Positions 24,076 through 38,639 are shown, numbered from the stretch's first letter. The stretch: DNA of 64,000 nucleotides from Phoronis australis (GCA_002633005.1 NMRA01000554.1:1-64000), one strand, 5' to 3'. Program-made: numbers and translations. Notes: generated by a model not told the origin, from the letters alone.

Positions 24076-25239
24076 TGGTTACAAAATGTCTCAACGGACT
24101 GCAGGAAATCTGTGACTTTTGACAATTCTTCCAGAGACAATATTGATTCTCTCTAACTATTAAATTCACTCAGTAGCGTGAAGAGGTTTGGTGATACCCT
24201 GAGGCAATTTCCTTTATTGGATTCCTGCCTTCGACCCACGTAGGTCTCGGCAGTTGAGCCGTTTATTTTTCGGCCTAACAGTTGCTTTTTGCTCCCCACT
24301 TCGTTCCTGTCGGTTTTTTGTTGAATACGATTTTCCGTCGATCTCCCCCAGCCCCCAGCCCCCCCCCCCCGACTGGAGATACTCCAGTATTGGAGTGACG
24401 TGTTTCACCGGAACANNNNNNNNNNNNNNNNNNNNNNNNACCTCTGCACGCTGCTTTGTTCACTTGTGTCAGCTGCCTATTTGTATCCGCACATCTTGCC
24501 AAAAAAGACGTCAGGTATGTTTCTGTACATGCGACATCTGTACAAGGAAGAAGCGTTCCAGGCTCGATCTGTTATATACAGACGCTTCAGCTACTGGTCG
24601 GAAATCATCGTACTCTAGCTCATAATTGGATGACAAAGAGTAGCCCTAGAAATTTGCACATACATGTACAGGGTGACCTAAAAAACAGACACAATAGTTT
24701 GTATAAAATTTAGAATTTTATGATTTTAGCAGAGCAAAAAGTTTCAACACAAACTGTATCGTATGATTTAACTTTGTGGAAAGATCATCTGTTGTCTGTC
24801 GTCTAGGTTTACTAACGTATAGGTGCAATTAAAAGTTCTATGTGTTCCTGTTTTTGTCACCCTGAACATATCAAATATTTCAATGCACAAACGGCGTCAT
24901 TTGGTTGATTTACGCCGCATTTGTTTATTATCTTATTTTGTCAGCATTTGCTTAATGATCTATTTTTGTAAATTAACTAAAATAAAATATAATAAAAACA
25001 TCAAAATTACTTTGTGTTCGTTTTGATTAATGACAAAACCAATCCAAAGACGAAGCCAAGCGTAATATTAAGAGCTATTTTTCCCAATGAAAAGTAGACT
25101 TTATCAATCTCATTAGAAAAATTCAGGCCTCGTTCCAATTTGCTCTGACCTGATCTTGAAATAAGCAAAACTATGACAGGCAAGAGACTCTTTAGTAATA
25201 ACTGCATGTGACGTCCCAGGGTGCTCACCTTAAAGTGTG

Positions 25240-25810
25240 TATTCAAAGGTCCGATTTATCAATAGTAGAAGTTTCGTCTATATCCGGAATTAGGCGCACA
25301 CGCCTCTTAGAGAACCGTTTTACTAAAACCATGCTTCAGAGTCGCACCCCATCTATTTTTTATTATTCTCTGCTATTTTGTTCTTGGAATGCGGTCAAGA
25401 ATACTGCTTAGAAAAAAATTAAGGGACATTACCGGTTTTACGGAAAACACATTTTGGGGATTAATTTCAGATTAGAGAGATTTGTTGAAGTGACAAGATT
25501 GGCCAGATCTATAAAATAACTACGATTTACCTATATCAGAAACTGCGTATATGTCCGGAATTAGGCGCATATGCTATTTGGAGAACCATTTGAGAAAAAC
25601 CATGCTCGAAAGTCATGCTTCAGAGTCGCTTCCTATTTATTTTGTAATCGTCTATTTTGCTCATGGAATGCTGTCAAGAATCTTCTCTAAGCAAAGCTAA
25701 AGGGACATTTTCTGTTTTACGGAAAACACATTTTAGAGATTATTGTTAGATGAGATACATTCATTGAAGTTATTATCTTGGCCCGATCTATAAAATAACA
25801 CAATTTCCTT
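25240..25810. repeat. Two-unit ~285-bp local tandem duplication
   Basis: CGATTTA...CCGGAATTAGGCGCA...ACGGAAAACACATTTT...TCTATAAAATAAC occurs twice; also at ~31630-32160 and ~44405-44950, but as a single unit at ~54715-55005. Confidence 0.6.
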
Positions 25811-27025
25811 TTGGCGATTTTATTGCAATCCGCCAAATATCACTGTCCTCTGTTAGACATTCGACGATATCAAGACTAATGTAATATTTCTAATGTTCAA
25901 CGCGTCAGGTTTTGACGCGGCGCCCAGAAATAATAATGCACAAAAGTTCCTCCTCCTTCACAAGTATAAAAACATTAAAACGTCTTTTCCCACAAGTAGT
26001 CACTGAGCTGATCTTAACTGTTATACCCTGATATTCCAACTAGGAACCATACACTTTACATGTGCCAGGATCTCTTGTTTGAGAAAGAATCTGGGAAATG
26101 CGCTGTCACACAAAATCGAATGTGCCGGTGTCCACAATAACACGTACACCCTAAAGTTATCAAATTTCGAAACATATCTCAGAAATGGCTTATTCGATTT
26201 TGATGAAACTTTCATGTAGCATATTTTATGCATTGTTCTTTAAAACTCTGATAGCAAATGTTTTTAAAATCTTCCACTTTTGCCTGACGGGCTATCAAAG
26301 TATAGGAATTTTATGATTTTATTGAAAAATTCAAAAGTTTCCTGCAACGAAAACGAAGTGATAATTTATAAAACCGTAACATGGTATTTGAGATTTCATC
26401 TTGAATATTTATATCAAATGAAATTTGGCCATGTTATTGATACGTTTTTTAATTGAATGATTTTCCAATTCAGACTAGCAACGACAAAGGTCCGGAATTC
26501 CCTTGCTTTACTTTACAATCAGTTTGTAGAGAATTTAAATGAAATAAAATGTACATCCTGGCTGCGTTTTAATAAACAGAAACATTTGAGCCTAAAATCA
26601 AATTCTACAGGCTTTCTCATTTACGATGAGCGACCCTCACGGAATTTTTTAAGACCCAAAGCGCTTCTTTTAAGAATTCAACATTTACACCTAAACAGAG
26701 ATGAAATATAGCTTTAAATAAAACCCGGCACTAATACAGCGTTCACGTGAGGTTCGTGGATTGGAAAAATCACACGTGAACGCTCGTCAGACGTCTTAGC
26801 ATTCTTCGCATTGTCTGACCCCAGATCAACTGGCAGATCCGACTTCTTAGCTTGAGGAACCTAGTTTCCAGTTACTTAAGTAGTGCTTTGCAGTGGTCAG
26901 GGAGGTTTTCGACACCCATGGCGACATTGCTTAAGTGACACATTATTTCTGGTTTGTATTCCATCACAGAAGATTTCTGTTGCAGTTTACATTGCCTTAA
27001 AAGAATACCGTACCGATTGATCATT

Positions 27026-29627
27026 ACTTGGGTATTACTTGGGTGCAGAACCAGCGTCGTCTCACTCGGGGCAGACCCATAGATGCTCGGTTTTCCATGT
27101 CATCTAGTCAGACAACGTCCTTTGACTAACCACTCCAACCAACTGCTGATTACACAGTTGTCTTACCCGGCCATGCAACCGACTATAAGCACCACAGGCT
27201 CTCTCATATTCAAACAACTGCATTCTGTCAATTGCATCTCCATTCTCCCGTGGCTCCACCTCTCTAAGCGCTCCGAGAATCTCACTCTCTCCCAATCTGA
27301 AGGCGCCAAGTATCGGTGCATTTCCCTCTAACTTGTCCGTTTTCTCATTTCCGGCGACCCCGGTATGCCCAGGGGAGAATATCCAAGTCAGCTTTCTCAG
27401 TCCACTGTTTTGTAAATGCAGCAGCCACTCAGGTTTGAGATATTCCTTTTCGATATTTCTCAACATGCACTGAGAGTCTGTCACAATAAGTGTACAGTGC
27501 TTTCCTGTAGCCATGCAAGTGCCTTTTCAGCAGCAACCTCCTCCATCTTCATACTAGATGTCGTGAGCTCATATGCCTCACCATTTTCCGCTACTATTTT
27601 GCCATCCACATTGACTACATAGTCCCATCCAGATCTTTCTCCTCTTTTAACTGATCCATCAGTGTACACCACAGCATCTCACTCACTACAATTTTCATAG
27701 ACCAGCTCAAGAACTTCACTGTTATCTGCACAAGCCGCCCTCTCACGACATTCTCGGCCCATAGTAATGACAACGCTGGTGAAACTGCTAACTGTTTTGT
27801 CATCCACCTTCATATACTCTTCTCCTCTGCGAACCAGATCCAGCTCACACACTCTTTCTAGTGTGGTTTCCGCTGCTGCCAACTATGATTTGCCACTCTT
27901 TAATCTGGTGCCTTTGGGTACAGTCAACTGATCATGCAAGAGATGTTTCCTGTTTTTAGCCACCCGGAACATTGCTTTCACCTGGGCTAGTCTGTGCCTT
28001 TGTTCAGTACTCGAGAGCCCAAGAATGTATCTCATTGCTGCTGTTGGGGCGTCCTGAGTACATCCAAGGATAATTCAAATCCCGTTGTTCTGTATCCTCT
28101 ATAATTTCATCATTTGTGTTTTGGATGCTGTGATGATGCCCAAACCGTAATCAATGACTGACAATACTACCTACTTGCATAAAATCAATAGCTGGCGTTG
28201 TTCTACTCTACAGGTAGTCATGGTCTTTAATGCAGCTAGTCCATGTGCGCGCCACTTAATTAGGTGGTTCACGTGCTCTTTGTAACTCAGCGTTCTGTCA
28301 AACATTATCCTCAGGTACTTAAGGCCAGGTACTCTTTCCACATCCTCTCCCTCTATTCTCACTTGTGTCAGGTCTTTGCGTACTATATGGTTATCCAAAG
28401 AACACCACAGCGCTGCTGCCTTAGCGGGGTTCACAACTGCATTATATCCATCGCACCATTCATTGATCTCCTTCAGAGCCTTTCCCGCAACCTCAACCAT
28501 GTCATCTCTGTTGGTGCCTGCTGTGTATATAAGGGCATCATCTGCGAAAGTTAGTATTCTTCACCCTGGTATAGTCATATTCGCAAGCCGACTCGTGTAG
28601 ATCTTGTACATTATTGGTGACAGTGGTGATCCTTGTGGAAGTCCAGGAGTTATAGTAGCTGGATTCGACACCCACTGCTCCAATCGTAGCGGAGCCGTGC
28701 GTTTCATTAGTGCGCTTGCCACCCAGTTAATAAGATGCGGCTCCAGCTGACAATCGACCAGCAGGTTCATAAGTTTTTCGTATGATACCCGGTTATAGGC
28801 GTCTTCAAGATCAATTGCCACTGCTATAGTTTCATCCTTCCTCTGAAATGTCTCTTAAGTGTCATAGGCAAAAATTGCGGCGTTTGCCCATGTATCTTTT
28901 CCTCTTCTGTAGCTACCAAGAGTTGCACGTAATTCCCCCAAGACCTCAAGATTGTATACAATGATCTGTGCCACCATTTTCTCCATCAATTTACCGTCGG
29001 TATTTTGCATAGTGATCACTCTATAACCATTGAGCTTCGTGTGACCCCTGCCTGGTTTTGGTATCACCGCCAGGTAACTATGTAACCAATCTTCCTGAAC
29101 CTCTGCCATGCTTAGGCTCTCTGTGTACATATTGGCCAAATTTTGTAGCTCCTGGTCAGACAGACTGCCTAGCATGTTGTTATCGATTTGATCAGGTCCC
29201 CGTGCCGCGTTCTTTGATCTTGACAGTGTAGATTTGATATCTTTAACAGTAAAACTTATAGGAGAAGCCGTGCCACTGATGAAGCTATGCATTTTGTCTT
29301 TCACTTTGACTCTTTCGTCAAGAATTTTCTGGTCAGTCTGTTCCAGGTATTGGCCTAAAAAGGCAGGGCCCTTGCTTTCAGCAGTTTCCAAGAGTGTTCC
29401 GTCGGCTAGTTTGATGGACCTGTTAGTTGTGGCAGATTTTCGTTTATTCATACTTTTGTGTAGGTGCCAAAACTCCCCAAGAGCCCGGTAATTTCGAACG
29501 TTGTTGAAAAACATCTCCCGGCGTTCACTCTTGGCCCGTTTGGTTTTGGTTTTAAAATCCTGAACTGCCTTCTTCATTTCATCTTTAGCCAATTCAATTT
29601 TTTCCTCTGTTGCTTGTTTCTTGGTTG
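27026..29627 (-). mobile_element. Degenerate non-LTR retrotransposon with RT and RNase H (I/Ingi-like), first copy
   Basis: AIDLEDAYNRV, PGLPQGSPLSP and LTFADD (RT); VYTDGS, IVTDSQ and PGHTGVAGNEK (RNase H). Contains stops and frameshifts; cut at n29628. Confidence 0.9.
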
Positions 29628-29628
29628 N

Positions 29629-32600
29629 CTAAATGCTCATCAATGACAGGTCAAACGATGGGAGCCATTTACAGACTGACGATTTTACGCTTGTGTTTCA
29701 GTTGGTTGCCGTAATGGACGACATGGCGTATGGCTATTTACGCATCGACGACGACGATTCCTGCAGGTTAGGAACCTAAAATTTCATAAAATATCTCACC
29801 AATGTCTATGCATAACTTTCAATCAAGTTAGGTCTTTGAAAGTGTAAATGAACAGAGGCGTGTTTATGCGGCCACCCTTTCTCTCCGTTTTCTCGTAGGC
29901 ATGTTTTATGGCACTGTGTTTTTCAACTCATGGATAGACAAATTTAAATCTTAAAACGACCCGTATTACAGATGGGCACGCGGCTGTAGTTTTTTGCTAC
30001 TTATCACTTTTCGTCGTCGTCATCATGAACTTGATTGCCATTGTAGTCGACGACATTGCTTTCCAATAAATTAACATGGTTTCATTATGTTTTTCAGTGT
30101 GTCTGTCGATAACTGCGCCACTAACATGACCGTGCTGCAGGAGACGTCACAAGTTGTTATGACGTGTAGTGCAGAGAAGGTTGACCGTGCAGTAGAATGT
30201 GACATTGTGGGTGCTCATGAACAATCTAGCGAGTTGCCAAGTGTCGAAAGTCAAACAGTTCATGACACAGAAATCGCGGAGAACCAGATACCACCGATAT
30301 CTCTTGCAGAAAACTCAATTCGCACCATGGGAACGGAGCTACATATTTATGCACAGGCGATTTCAATGTCTCAAAATTGTTAATGGCTACAAAATGTCTC
30401 AACGGACTGCAGGAAATCTGTGACTTTTGACAATTCTTCCAGAGACAATATTGATTCTCTCTACCTACTAAATTCACTCAGTAGCGTGAAGAGGTTTGGT
30501 GATACTCTGAGGCAATTTCCTTTATTGGATTCCTGCCTTCGACCCACGTAGGTTTCGGCAGTTGAGCCGTTTATTTTTCGGCCTAACAGTTGCTTTTTGC
30601 TCCCCACTTCGTTCCTGTCGGTTTTTTGTTGAATACGATTTTCCGTCGATCTCCCCCAGCCCCCAGCCCCCCCCCCCCGACTGGAGATACTCCAGTATTG
30701 GAGTGACGTGTTTCACCGGAACATCCCGTATATTTCACGAATAGAAGTACCCCCGGACCTGTGCGCCTTCTCACGGTTTGGATTCCCTTCCATGTGAATG
30801 CTGCCGCCCCCCACCTCTGTACGCTGCTTTGTTCACTTGTGTCAGCTGCATATTTGTATCCGCACATCTTGCCAAAAAAGACGCCAGGTATGTTTCTGTA
30901 CATGCGACATCTGTACAAGGAAGAAGCGTTCCAGGCTCTATCTGTTATATACAGACGCTTCAGCTACTGGTCGGAAATAAATCATCGTACTCTAGCTCAT
31001 AATTGGATGACAAAGCGTAGCCCTAGAAATTTGCACATACATGCACAGGGTGACCTAAAAAACAGACACAATAGTTTGTATAAAATTTAGAATTTTATGA
31101 TTTTAGCAGAGCAAAAAGTTTCAACACAAACTGTATCGTATGATTTAACTTTGTGGAAAGTTCATGTGTTGTCTGTCGTATAGGTTTACTAACGTATAGG
31201 TGCAATTAAAAGTTCTATGTGTTCCTGTTTTTGTCACCCTGAACATATCAAATATTTCAATGCACAAACGGCGTCATTTGGTTGATTTACGCTGCATTTG
31301 TTTATTATCTTATTTTGTCAGCATTTGCTTAATGATCTATTTTTGTAAATTAACTAAAATAAAATATAATAAAAACATCAAAATTACTTTGTGTTCGTTT
31401 TGATTAATGACAAAACCAATCCAAAGACGAAGCCAAGAGTAATATTAAGAGCTATTTTTCCCAATGAAAAGTAGACTTTATCAATCTCATTAGAAAAATT
31501 CAGGCCTCGTTCCAATTTGCTCTAACCTGATCTTGAAATAAGCAAAACTATGACAGGCAAGAGATTCTTTAGTAATAACTGCATGTGACGTCCCAGGGTG
31601 CTTACCTTAAAGTGTGTATTTAAATGTCCGATTTATCAATATTAGAAGTTTCGTCTATATCCGGAATTAGGCGCACACGCCTCTTAGAGAACCGTTTTAC
31701 TAAAACAATGTTTCAGAGTCGCACCCCATCTATTTTTTATTATTCTCTGCTATTTTGTCAAGAATCCTGCTTGGAAAAAAATTAAGGAACATTACCGGTT
31801 TTACGGAAAACACATTTTGGGGATTAGAGAGATTTGTTGAAGTGACAAGATTGGCCAGATCTATAAAATAACTACGATTTACCTATATCAGAAACTGCGT
31901 GTATGTCCGGAATTAGGCGCATATGCTATTTGGAGAACCATTTGAGAAAAATCATGCTCGAAAGTCATGCTTCAGAGTCGCGTCCCATTTATTTTGTAAT
32001 CGTCTATTTTGCTCTTGGAATGCTGTCAAGAATCTTCTCTAAGCAAAGCTAAAAGGACATTTTCTGTTTTACGGAAAACACATTTTGGAGATTATTGTTA
32101 GATGAGATACATTCATTGAAGTTATTATCTTGGCCCGATCTATAAAATAACACAATTTCCTTTTTGCGATTTTATTGCAATCCGCCAAATACCACTGTCC
32201 TCTGTTAGACATTCGACGATATCAAGACCAATGTAATATTTCTAATGTTCAACGCGTCAGGTTTTGACGCGGCGCCCAGAAATAATAATGCACAAAAGTT
32301 CCTCATCCTTCACAAGTATAAAAACATTAAAACGTCTTTTCCAAAAAGTAGTCACTGAGCTGATCTTAACTGTTATACCCTTATATTCCAACTAGAAACC
32401 ATACACTTTACATGTGCCAGGATCTCTTGTTTGAGAAATAATCTGGGAAATGCGCTGTCACACAAGGTCGAGTGTGCCGGTGTCCACAATAACACGTACA
32501 CCCTAAAGTTATTAAATTTCGAAACATATCTCAGAAATGGCTGATTCGATTCTGATGAAACTTTCATGTAGCATATTTTATGCATTGTTCTTTAAAACTC

Positions 32601-35600
32601 TGATAGCAAATGTTTTTAAAATGTTCCACTTTTGCCTGACGGGCTATCAAAGTATAGGAATTTTATGATTTTATTGAAAAATTCAAAAGTTTCCTGCAAC
32701 GAAAACGAAGTGATAATTTATAAAACTGTAACATGGTATTTGAGATTTCATCTTGAATATTTACATCAAATGAAATTTGGCCATGTTATTGATACGTTTT
32801 TTAATTGAATTATTTTCCAATTCAAACTAGCAACGACAAAGGTCCGGGATTCCCTTGCTTTACTTTACAATCAGTTTGTGGAGAATTTAAATGAAATAAA
32901 ATGTACATCCTGACTGCGTTTTAATAAACAAAAACATTTGAGCCTAAAATCAAATTCTACAGGCTTTCTTATTTACGATGAGCGACCCTCACGGAATTTT
33001 TTAAGCCCCAAAGCACTTCTTTTAAGAATTCAGCATTTACACCTAAACAGAGATGAAATATAGCTTTAAATAAAACCCGGCACTAATACAGCGTTCACGT
33101 GAGGTTCGTGGATTGGAAAAATCACACGTGAACGCTCGTCAGACTTCTTAGCATTCTTCGCATTGTCTGACCCCAGATCAACTGGCAGATCCGACTTCTT
33201 AGCTTGAGGAACCTAGTTTCCAGTTACTTAAATAGTGCTTTGCAGTGGTCAGGGAGGTTTTCGACACCCATGGCGACATTGCTTAAGTGACACATTATTT
33301 TTGGTTTGTATTCCATCACAGAAGATTTCCGTTACAGTTTACATTACCTTAAAAGTGTACCGTACCGATTGATCATTACTTGGGTATTACTTGGGTGCAG
33401 AAGCAGCGTCGTCACACTCGGGGCAGACCCACATATGCTCGGTTTTCCATGTCATCTAGTCAGACAACGTCCTTTGACTAACCACTCCCACCAACTGCTG
33501 ATTACACAATCGTCTTGCCCGGCCATTCAACCGACTATAAGACCACAGCCTCTCTCATATCCAAACAACTGCATTCTGTCAATTGCATCTCCATTCTCCC
33601 GTAGCTCCACCTCGCTAAGCGCTCCAAGAATCTCACTCTCTCCCAATCTGAAGGCGCCCAGTATCGGTGCATTTCCCGCTAACTTGTCCGCTTTCTCATT
33701 TCCGGCGACCTTGGTATGCCCAGGGGAGAATATCCAAGTCAGCTTTCTCAGTCCACTGTTTTGTAAATGCAGCAGCCATTCGGGTTTGAGATATTCCTTT
33801 TCGATTTTTCTCAGCATATTCTGAGAGTCTGTCACAATAAGTGTACAGTGCTTTCCTGTAACCATGCAAGTGCCTTTTCAGCAGCAACCTCCTCCATCTT
33901 CATACTAGATGTCGTGAGCTCATATGCCTCACCATTTCCCGCTACTATTTTGCCATCCACATTGACTACATAGCCCCATCCAGATCTTTCTCCTCTTTTA
34001 ACCGATCCATCAGTGTACACCACAGCATCTCCCTCACTACAATTTTCATAGACCAGCTCAAGAACTTCACTGTTATCTGCACAAGCCGCCCTCTCACGAC
34101 ACTCTCGGCCCATAATAATGACAACCCTGGTGAAACTGCTAACTGTTTTGTCATCCACCTTCATATACTCTTCTCCTTTGCGAACCAGATCCAGCTCACA
34201 CACTCTTTCTACTGTGGTTTCCGCTGCTGCCAACCATGATTTGCCACTCTTTAATCTGGTGCCTTTGGGTACAGTCAACTGATCATGCAAGAGATGTTTC
34301 CTCTTTTTAGCCACCCTGAACATTGCATTCACCTGGGCTAGTCTGTGCCTTTGTTCAGTACTCGAGAGCCCAAGAATGTATCTCATTGCTGCTGTTGGGG
34401 TGTCCTGAGTACATCCAAGGATAATTCACATCCCGTTGTTCTGTATCCTCTATAATTTCATCATTTGTGTCTTGGATGCTGTGATGATGCCCAAACCGTA
34501 ATCAATGACTGACAATACTACCGCCTTGCAGAAAATCAATAGCTGGCGTTGTTCTACTCTACAGGTAGTCATGGTCTTTAATGCAGCTAGTCCATGTGCG
34601 CGCCGCTTAATTAGGTGGTTCACATGCTCTTTGTAACTTAGCGTTCTGTCAAACGTTATCCCCAGGTACTTAAGGCCAGGTACTCTTTCCAAATCCTCTC
34701 CCCCTATTCTCACTTGTGTCAGGTCTTTGCGTACTATATGGTTATCCAAAGAACACCACAGCGCTGCTGCCTTAGCGGGGTTCACAACTGCATTATATTC
34801 ATCGCACCATTCATTGATCTCCTTCAGAGCCTTTCCCGCAACCTCAACTGGATTCGACACCCACTGCTCCAATCGTAGCGGAGCCGTGCGTTTCATTAGT
34901 GCGCTTGCCACCCAGTTAATGAGATGCGGCTCCAGCTGACAATCGACCAGCAGATTCATAAGTTTTTCGTATGATACCCGGTTATAGGCGTCTTCAAGAT
35001 CAATTGCCACTGCTATAGTTTCCTCCTTCCTCTGAAATGTCTCTTAAGTGTCATAGGCAAAAATTGCGGCGTTTGCCTATGTATCTTTTCCTCTTCTGTA
35101 GCTACCAAGAGTTGCACGTAATTCCCCCAAGACCTCAAGATTGTATACAATGATCTGTGCCACCATTTTCTCCATCAAGTTACCGACGGTATTTTGCATA
35201 GTGATCACTCTATAACCATTGAGCTTCGTGTGACCCCTGCCTGGTTTTGGTATCACCGCCAGGTAACTATGTAACCAATCTTCCTTAACCTCTCCCATGC
35301 TTAGGCTCTCGGTGTAGATATTGGCCAAATTTTGTAGCTCCTGGTCAGACGGACTGCCTAGCATGTTGTAATCGATTTGATCAGGTCCCCGTGCCGTGTT
35401 CTTTGATCTTGACAGTGTAGATTTGATATCTTTAACAGTAAAACTTATGGGAGAAGCCGTGCCACTGATGAAGCTATGCGTTTTGTCTTTCACTTTGACT
35501 CTTTCCTCAAGAATTTTCTGGTCAGTCTGTTCCAGGTATTGGCCTAAAAAGGCAGGGCCCTTGCTTTCAGCAGTTTCCAAGAGTGTTCCGTCGGCTAGTT

Positions 35601-35816
35601 TGATGGACCTGTTGGTTGTGGCAGATTTTCGTTTATTCATACTTTTGTGTAGGTGCCAAAACTCCCCAAGAGCCCGGTAATTTCGAACGTTGTTGAAAAA
35701 GATCTCCCGGCGTTCACTCTTGGCCCGTTTGGCTTTGGTTTAAAATCCTGAACTGCCTTCTTCATTTCATCTTTAGCCAATTCAATTTTTTCCTCTGTTG
35801 CTTGTTTCTTGGTTGT
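29629..35816. repeat. ~6.2-kb near-identical duplicate of 23321-29627
   Basis: Starts directly after the single N at 29628 and is colinear with scattered SNPs and indels; probably an uncollapsed allele. Confidence 0.8.
29702..30383 (+). CDS. Exons 6-7 only of paralogue A (duplicate or allele)
   Basis: Exons 29702-29766 and 30098-30383 with intact splice sites; no exons 1-5 in this block. Confidence 0.6.
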
Positions 35817-36995
35817 GTCTTAATGTTTGCCATTTTTTTCTTGTTAATCTTTTATGAGCCCAAGCCGCGTCCACTTCCTCGTTCCACCATGCTGGTTGCT
35901 TGTAGGCTTTCCTTTTCCTTTTTCCTTTTGACTTGTGCTTTTGCAGGCGTACTTTGGCCATGGGGTTTCCATCANNNNNNNNNNNNNNNNNNNNNNNNNN
36001 NNNNNNNNNNNNNNNNNNNNNNNNNNNNNNNNNNNNNNNNNNNNNNNNNNNNNNNNNNNNNNNNNNNNNNNNNNNNNNNNNNNNNNNNNNNNNNNNNNNN
36101 NNNNNNNNNNNNNNNNNNNNNNNNNNNNNNNNNNNNNNNNNNNNNNNNNNNNNNNNNNNNNNNNNNNNNNNNNNNNNNNNNNNNNNNNNNNNNNNNNNNN
36201 NNNNNNNNNNNNNNNNNNNNNNNNNNNNNNNNNNNNNNNNNNNNNNNNNNNNNNNNNNNNNNNNNNNNNNNNNNNNNNNNNNNNNNNNNNNNNNNNNNNN
36301 NNNNNNNNNNNNNNNNNNNNNNNNNNNNNNNNNNNNNNNNNNNNNNNNNNNNNNNNNNNNNNNNNNNNNNNNNNNNNNNNNNNNNNNNNNNNNNNNNNNN
36401 NNNNNNNNNNNNNNNNNNNNNNNNNNNNNNNNNNNNNNNNNNNNNNNNNNNNNNNNNNNNNNNNNNNNNNNNNNNNNNNNNNNNNNNNNNNNNNNNNNNN
36501 NNNNNNCCCCCCCCCCCCCTCCATTCCGCGTGCTCCGTAGCTCCGGCGAGGGCTCTGTTAAAATGTATGAAAACTCCATATGAATACTTTTTTCGCCAGG
36601 AATTATAGCCGTTCGTCTGGCAGAGCCTGCATACCAGATACCGTTGAATTGTAGACGCTAGTGACTTCTATCCATTCGCCATTCAGCCCCTAAGCACGTA
36701 GACCTTGAAATTAGGTTTTTATCGAGGCTATCTCCTCTAGATTCGTTGTGTTCTGTTCCTAGACCTTGAGGTCTAGGTTAACAGGGTCACCTCGAGAAGG
36801 TTGTGGCTCTTCGCTCACGCACATCGATCTTGAAGTATGAGAGGTTTGCCATACCAAGGGACTAACAGCCGGAGCACGCCCTTTTCACTGTACAAATACA
36901 GCTAGGTATAGAGGTACTAAAGGGGAGGCAGCTAGTGTGCCTCGCTGCGCAAGCATCCTAACATCATTACTCCCTGAGTCTCTATGACTCTCGAC
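33378..36995 (-). mobile_element. RNase H-containing LINE with both ends and 13-bp TSD (spans the N gap)
   Basis: TSD CCGATTGATCATT at 33365-33377 and 36996-37008, repeated ACCCAAGTAAT 3' tail, RT and RNase H motifs. The empty site is visible in paralogue B's flank (~46185-46200). Confidence 0.88.
35975..36506. other. Assembly gap
   Basis: Run of N. Confidence 0.99.
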
Positions 36996-38639
36996 CCGAT
37001 TGATCATTGACCTGATAAAAAGTCACATTTTAGGAAACAAATTCCTGTTTAACTTCATTCCTTATGTATATGGTCGCAATTTTTGGGAAGGATTTTGATG
37101 TGGGACCAGTTGACTTAACAGGCAATGTTTGTACCTTGAATCAAGAAATAAATCAGAACAGTAAGCAGTCTAGGTAGGCTCCGACTCCGTTTCACTCGCC
37201 GAAGGCGCCGGGGTTGGAAGGCCGTGTTCGAACGGCTTCAAACATGCAAAGTCATGTTAACAGAAGAATGATACGAAAAAACAAACAAAACAAAGAACTC
37301 AGCGTAAATATTAATGAAGTTTCCTATTATAACATTTAAAAATCAAATAAATAAAATTGCTAAGTAATAGAGTGTTAAAGTCGTAATTCAAATTGTGACA
37401 ACCGTATAATGGAAAACTGATTTTTTCAGGCCAGTACTAATATTTTGAAAAGGCTAATGATAATTATGGAAATATGTTGTAAACAAAACTGTTCTCTTAA
37501 AATTTCCCGATATTTATGATATTAAAGTAAGTCTCAAACGTGGATGTGCCATCGTTTCGTCAATGAAAACGTTGTGGTCAAATTTCATGAAATTTCACCG
37601 AAGAAATCTAGTTATAGAAACTGCCACCAGGCACCAGCAATAGTCAAAGTGTCTAAAAATTGACGTCGACTGATTTGATCACCAAAGAACCATATATGCA
37701 ACAATCAATGAAGCCTCTTTATGAGGTTCATGAGATACAGCAACATACAGTTCTGCCCGTAGTCAGGCACCGTAAAATACGCGATTGTAAGTCTTTTCTA
37801 TCGGCTCTTGCTTGAAAACAAACAAAAAGCCCATTTTATTTTCTTATACAGACTGCAAACTGATGAAAAATATCCTTGGAAATCACCAGCACCCCGCAAA
37901 CTGGCCATCAGAGCACCTCAAAAATGGCTAAAAATCAAAGACACAAACTGGGCAAGATTTACCCTAATTTGGCACTCCATTGAAGGTTAAATGAAACCCT
38001 TTGAAAAATTCAAAGTCTGTCATCTGATAGAAAAGTTCAATATATACATAAACATTTTTTTTCTTTTCCGTCCTTTTAAAACCACTTCACTAACTGAACC
38101 TTTTTGACTCAAAAATGAGCTACTATTTTGTTCCAAACTATTCATCATGCTCCAACTTAAAAATAAATTTCAAATAAGCACTTTGAACATATCCCACCAG
38201 GATGTATATTCACACAATATTTTTCAAGATCTGAGTCGGTGACCCTATAGTCGACCTTTTGGTGCTCTCGTGGAAGGACAGTTAAGTGTTCGAGGAAGCT
38301 GCGTTGTTAAAACACAGATTTTAATTAGTTGTCCATATTGTAAGCCTCGCCCTGGAATTAGGTCAACGAGCCACATACACTTACAACTATGACGTATTAG
38401 AAAGTTCATTATTACTTGGAGGAATTCTTCCGCCAAGTATGTTGGTCATACGGCAATAAAATCTAACCAAAGCGGGGAATGGGGAGCGGGAGAAGGACTT
38501 TCATGCGCCATTCATACACACACTCACGCCGTGCTGATATGATGTCTGATGAAATTATGTGCTATATAAATACATACATATAAGAATAATAATAACAGTA
38601 GAACTTTGATCATTTCTAGAATACTAATTAAAAGCTTGC

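Noticed and set aside
24214-24713. Recurrent ORFs downstream of each paralogue (also 30522-31090, 43264-43880)
   Set aside because: Frames are not conserved between copies (poly-C length changes, MITE remnant); likely 3' UTR or flank.
35782-36608. Long 200-268 aa ORFs in the track
   Set aside because: Artefacts of translating through the N gap.
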